From assembly GCA_028826165.1 (NCBI GenBank), contig JAPDFW010000033.1:710987-774986 (forward strand): 64,000 nucleotides of DNA. Reading direction: 5' to 3'. Shown here piece after piece: positions 59,701-64,000 of the stretch. Position 1 is the stretch's first letter. The number at the start of each line of letters is the position of its first letter. The DNA comes from Anaeramoeba ignava BMAN. Its lineage: Eukaryota; Protista; Anaeramoebae. The position numbers and the translations under genes were made by a program. The notes under the pieces were generated by a model that was not told the origin of the DNA, did no database searches, and worked only from the letters and a program-made list of their open reading frames with translations.

Positions 59701-61719
59701 TTTTGTCAAACTGTTTTAAGAAATTTTCAATTTTCGCAATATGAACTTTATTTTCAAATAATTGTTTGAATGTATCTAAAAATTTTTGATAAGCTTCTTT
59801 AATTTTTTCTCTAAAATGTTGTTTTTATTTCTTTTAAGGATTTTTAAAAATTTGGAAAATCTGTTTTGGGAATAACATTTTGAAAATTGAATATAATCTT
59901 CTTTCTTGGATAAAAATGTAATAATTCTTCGAAAGTACATTTTTGTTGTTGAAATGATTAAAATGTTCAAAGAATTTCTTTATCATATTTTTGTAAATTT
60001 TCCAAGAATTTGGGATTTTCATTTTCCTTTTCTTTTTGAATTTAATAATTTTTAAACCAAGATAATGTTAAAACCCATATTGTTTGTATTTTTCTATCTT
60101 TAGATTCATAAAATTCAATAAATTTACTTGGATTTTCTCCAACAAATTTTTTCCCAAGAATTAATTTGAATTAATAAAGGTATATTTTTGATAATATTAC
60201 CATCTGTTATAATTTTTTCTTTTTCTGTATTATCATAGTAATATTGTGACCTTTCTGTTAAAATATCCAAAATAACATTTTCAAATTTTTCTTTTTCTTT
60301 TTCTTTTTCTTTCTCTTTTTCTTTTTCTTTCTCTTTTTCTTTTTCTTTCTCTTTTTCTTTTTCTGATTCAATAATCAATTCTAAAGATTTTTTTGGATCT
60401 TTTTGCCAGAAATTTTGATTTTCAACATTTTTAATTGATTCTTCTAATGATTTAATAAATTTTTTATTTTCTTCATTTTCTTCTTTATTCCATGAGTTAA
60501 TTTTTTTCCAAAATTGATTCCATAAATTAAAACATTGTAAAACACCTATAAATTGAATTTTTTGAAATAATTCTTTGAGGAAATCTAGGAAATGTTTATT
60601 GAAAAAATTTATAATGTATCCATGATCAATTAAATGAACAATCAACTTAAATCCCTTCAAAATATTTAGGGAGAAAAAATCCAGAAAATCAATACAATAT
60701 TGTTCTTTTATATAATCATCTAAAATTGAATCATAAAATTTTTGTTTAACCAATTTTTCTGAATATTTTTTTTTATCAAATTCATCAAAAAAATTGAAGG
60801 ATAATCTTTTAAAAACTGGATAATATTGAAGTATAATAGGCTCTGGAGTTTTAATTTCCAATTGAAAAAGTAAAGTATTTTTGAGAGAATTTTTTAAGAA
60901 AACTGAATTTGGATCTTTTTCTGTATTTTCAAAAAATGTAATTATCAAATCAATTAGTTGAAAAATTAAGGATTGAGGTTTATATAATAAACGAGTAAAA
61001 AAGTAATTATCTCTCATTGTGTGTTGATTTAAGCAAAGTAAAGCAAATTTTTCTTTGATTGAAATGGGATTTGTTTCTGAAAAATTTGAGATGAAAGGAA
61101 ATAAAAGCCATTCATAAATTTCTGATTTGCAAACATGGGAAATAATTTGAAGACTTTCTCCAAAAATAAGTAAATCATTTTTAGTATCAGCATTGCTATT
61201 AATATTGTTGTTATTATTATTTGAATCATTTTGATAAAAAAGGGATATAAAAAGAAAATTAAGAAAATCAGAAATAACATCGTTTGTATTAATTTTTGAA
61301 TTATTCTGTTTGTTTTGATTCTCAAAAATAGTAAAATGGAAATTGGATTTTAAATTGATTTTTTCAGAAAGAATTTTCTCTTCCATTTCTTTTTCTTTTT
61401 CTTTTTCTTCTTGTTTTTCTTTTTCTTTTTCTTTTTCTTTTTCTTTTTCTTTTTCTTTTTCTTTAATAAAAGAAAAAATAATTTCTTTTTCTTTTTCTTT
61501 TTCTTTTTCTTTGAAATATTTAGAAACATCAAAATCTGAAAACAAAATATTTGTAAATGGAAAATGTTTCATTTCTTGTTTTTCAACAACTGTTTTTGTT
61601 ATTACTTTATGTTTTCTGTTTCTTTGTTTGGTTTGAATTTTAAAATAAAATTGAATAAGATTCAAATCTGTAATTAAAAGTTTGGTTATTTCAGGATCAA
61701 AATAAACCACAATTTTCAT
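47766..61719 (-). CDS. Giant RNF213/mysterin-like AAA+ protein (~4,600 aa if frameshifts are corrected); one intron near 55427-55505
   Basis: RNF213-type landmarks in order: VLFC, KIYSSEKSGYGKTYQI, YLHVELS, LYIEIP, FTLDNFLRMILI...NIPIII, CSLKDISR, ELKQNLLIIFIC...LFLYGKSG, GRSVILCN...LCNLLTENYIQIG...AQVTFG...IHSNFK, WEYYHLDQL. The ORF breaks examined at 49150 and 52028 are bridged by single-base shifts in A-runs; further breaks cluster at 59190-60130. Confidence 0.72.
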
Positions 61720-62680
61720 TTTAAATTTAAAAAAAAAAAACTTTTTTTATATCTTTCTTTTTAATTTTAAATTTAAAAAAAAAAATAAAAAAATGAAAAA
61801 AAAAAAGGAAAAAAATAAAAATAAAAATAAAAAGAAAAAGTGGAATTTTAATTAAATTTTTAAATTAATTTAATTATTTACATATTTTTATACTTAACTT
61901 TTATATTTAAATTTAAAACAAAACAAAACAATTTTATTTTTTTTAATTTATTTTTTTTATTTAAAAAAAAAAAAAGTGGAATGAAAATGAAAAACAATTT
62001 TCTTTCTATTTTCTTTTCCAAATTTTAATTTAATTTTGATTTTGATTTTTTAATTTTAATTTTTCATTTTGATTTTTAATTTTTGATTTTAATTTTAATT
62101 TTGATTTTTGATTTTGATTTTTTTTGATTTAAATTTTAATTTTGATTTTGATTTTTGATTTGATTTTTAATTTTGATTTTTGATTTTTTTAATTTTAATT
62201 TTAATTTTAATTTTGATTTTGATTTTAATTTTAATTTGATTTTGATTTTAATTTTAATTTTGATTTTGACATTTTTAATTTTAATTTAAATTTTGATTTT
62301 GATTTTAATTTTGATTTTGTTTTAATTTTGATTTTGAGTTTTTAATTTTTTTAATTTTGATTTTTGATTTTAATTTTGATTTTGATTTTAATTTTGATTT
62401 TGATTTTAATTTTAATTTTGATTTTAATTTTAATTTTAATTTCAATTTGATTTTGATTTTTGATTTTGATTTTGATTTTGATTTTGATTTTGATTTTTTT
62501 GATTTTAATTTTAATTTTTGATTTTGATTTTAATTTTGATTTTTTTGATTTTTAATTTTAATTTTGATTTTAATTTTGATTTTGATTTTGATTTTGATTT
62601 TTAATTTTGATTTTGATTTTGATTTTTGATTTTTGATTTTAAAAATTTTGATTTTAATTTTTTGATTTTTTAATTTCATT

Positions 62681-64000
62681 TTAAAAATTGATAAAATTTT
62701 TAGCATTTTCAACTAAAGTGGAATAAACTTTTTCTTTTTGAATTTTTAACTGAAACAATTTTATCAATAATTTTGGAATCATTCCTGGATGAGCAATTTT
62801 TCCTCTATAAGGAACAGGAGCCATATAAGGACCATCAGTTCTGATAAAAATTCTATCAAGAGGAACTTTTTCGACAACTTTAAGTAAATTTTTAGCAGTT
62901 TTAAAGTAATTACACCAGTAAATCAAAATAAGCATTTGGCCATTCTTTCATTATATTTTCTGCAAATTCTAAAGAAGTATAACAATGAACATGAAATTTC
63001 CATTCTTTTTGGAATAAATTCTTTGAATATTTTAATGTATCTTCTTCTGCTTCTCTTGTGTGAATAACAAGTGGTTTTTGTAATTCAATTGCTTTTTAAT
63101 TGTTTTTTTGTGAAAGCATTTCTAATTTTGATTTTAATTTTGATTTTATTTTTATTTTAATTTTGATTTTGATTTTCATTTTCATTTTTTTGATTTTAAT
63201 TTTGATTTTGATTTTTTTAATTTTTAATTTTTAATTTTTGATTTTTATTTTGATTTTAATTTTGATTTTAATTTTGATTTTTGAATTTTGATTTTGATTT
63301 TCATTTAATTTTGATTGTTTTGATTTTAATTTTAATTTTGATTTTTGATTTTGATTTTGATTTTAATTTTGATTTTAATTTTAATTTTAATTTTAATTTT
63401 GATTTTGATTTTGATTTTTGATTTTCATTTTGATTTTGATTTTTGATTTTGATTTTGATTTAATTTTAATTTTAATTTTTGATTTTGATTTTAATTTTGA
63501 TTTTTGATTTTTTTTTAATTTTGATTTTGATTTTAATTTTAATTTTGATTTTAATTTTGATTTTTTGATTTTGATATTGATTTTATTCATTTTGATTTTT
63601 GAATTTTCATTTGAATTTGGTTTTGAATTTGATTTTCACATTTGATCTTCTTTTGGGAGAAAAATTATAATGATAAAATCCAAGACCCCCATTACACAAG
63701 CTTTAATTTTAAGTTTTTCCATAAATTCAACAAGTTTATTTTCAATATCTTGATTAAATTTTTAAATCATGAGGATGTAAATAAAAGCCATAAACGGGTT
63801 CTGTATTTTGAAACAATATCAAAAACTGTATCAAAATTTATTGGATCTAAAAGCAATTGTTACTGCATTTAAATTCCCTTCTTCAAATTTTAATTCTTGT
63901 TGAATTTCTGTCAACCCTTTTTAGAATAATTTAATTTTACCCTTTTCAAAAATCATATCAAGATGTATTATCCAATATAAAGGAAATATTGTTTTTCAAT
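62681..64000 (-). CDS. tatD: TatD-family DNase, partial, with several apparent frameshifts; repeat-filled intron ~63120-63640
   Basis: Fragments KPLVIHTREAEEDTL, FHVHCYT and VPLDRIFIRTDGPYMAPVPYRGKIAHPGMIP; HLDMIF near the window end. Confidence 0.8.

Noticed and set aside
59190-64000. Dense frameshifts in the 5' part of the RNF213-like gene and in tatD, read as pseudogenisation
   Set aside because: Error density rises toward the window end in both coding sequence and satellites, consistent with falling consensus quality. Pseudogene status cannot be supported without reads.
1-64000. Inteins, RNA genes or a non-standard genetic code
   Set aside because: I recognised no Hint-domain C...HN motifs and no tRNA- or rRNA-like GC-structured segments. 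TAA and TGA terminate conserved proteins at the expected positions.

Overview
This is a very AT-rich, gene-dense eukaryotic window with GT-AG introns, the standard genetic code, and introns and spacers filled with microsatellites. The expanded BTB, RCC1 and TLDc families and the (EN)n/(NQ)n tracts suggest an anaerobic amoeboid or metamonad protist such as Anaeramoeba (inference only). Housekeeping genes: 3' end of an ESCRT-III-like gene, a phosducin-like protein, a 7-exon G-protein alpha subunit, an AMPK-related (BRSK/MARK-like) kinase, an ANTH clathrin adaptor, an F-box membrane protein, and TatD. Expanded BTB-adaptor genes: CH-CH-BTB, two BTB-TLDc, six RCC1-BTB in two tandem triplets, and ankyrin-BTB. 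Three highlights. (1) A tandem triplet of genes encoding a PH/EVH1-like domain, a NEURL4-type ADP-ribosyltransferase (H-Y-E), a two-component receiver domain and an SH3 domain, directly downstream of a ~14 kb RNF213/mysterin-like AAA+ gene; together they may form an innate-immunity-like locus. (2) An intact 3,789-bp Sola-like DNA transposon (GAG...CTC ends, ATAT target duplication) in a kinase intron, whose spliced 905-aa ORF fuses a DDD transposase to a USP deubiquitinase with all catalytic residues. (3) RCC1-BTB paralogues with hypervariable propeller loops on a near-constant BTB module. Many single-base frameshifts fall in homopolymers and are probably read errors. All domain calls come from motif recognition by eye; no database search was run.
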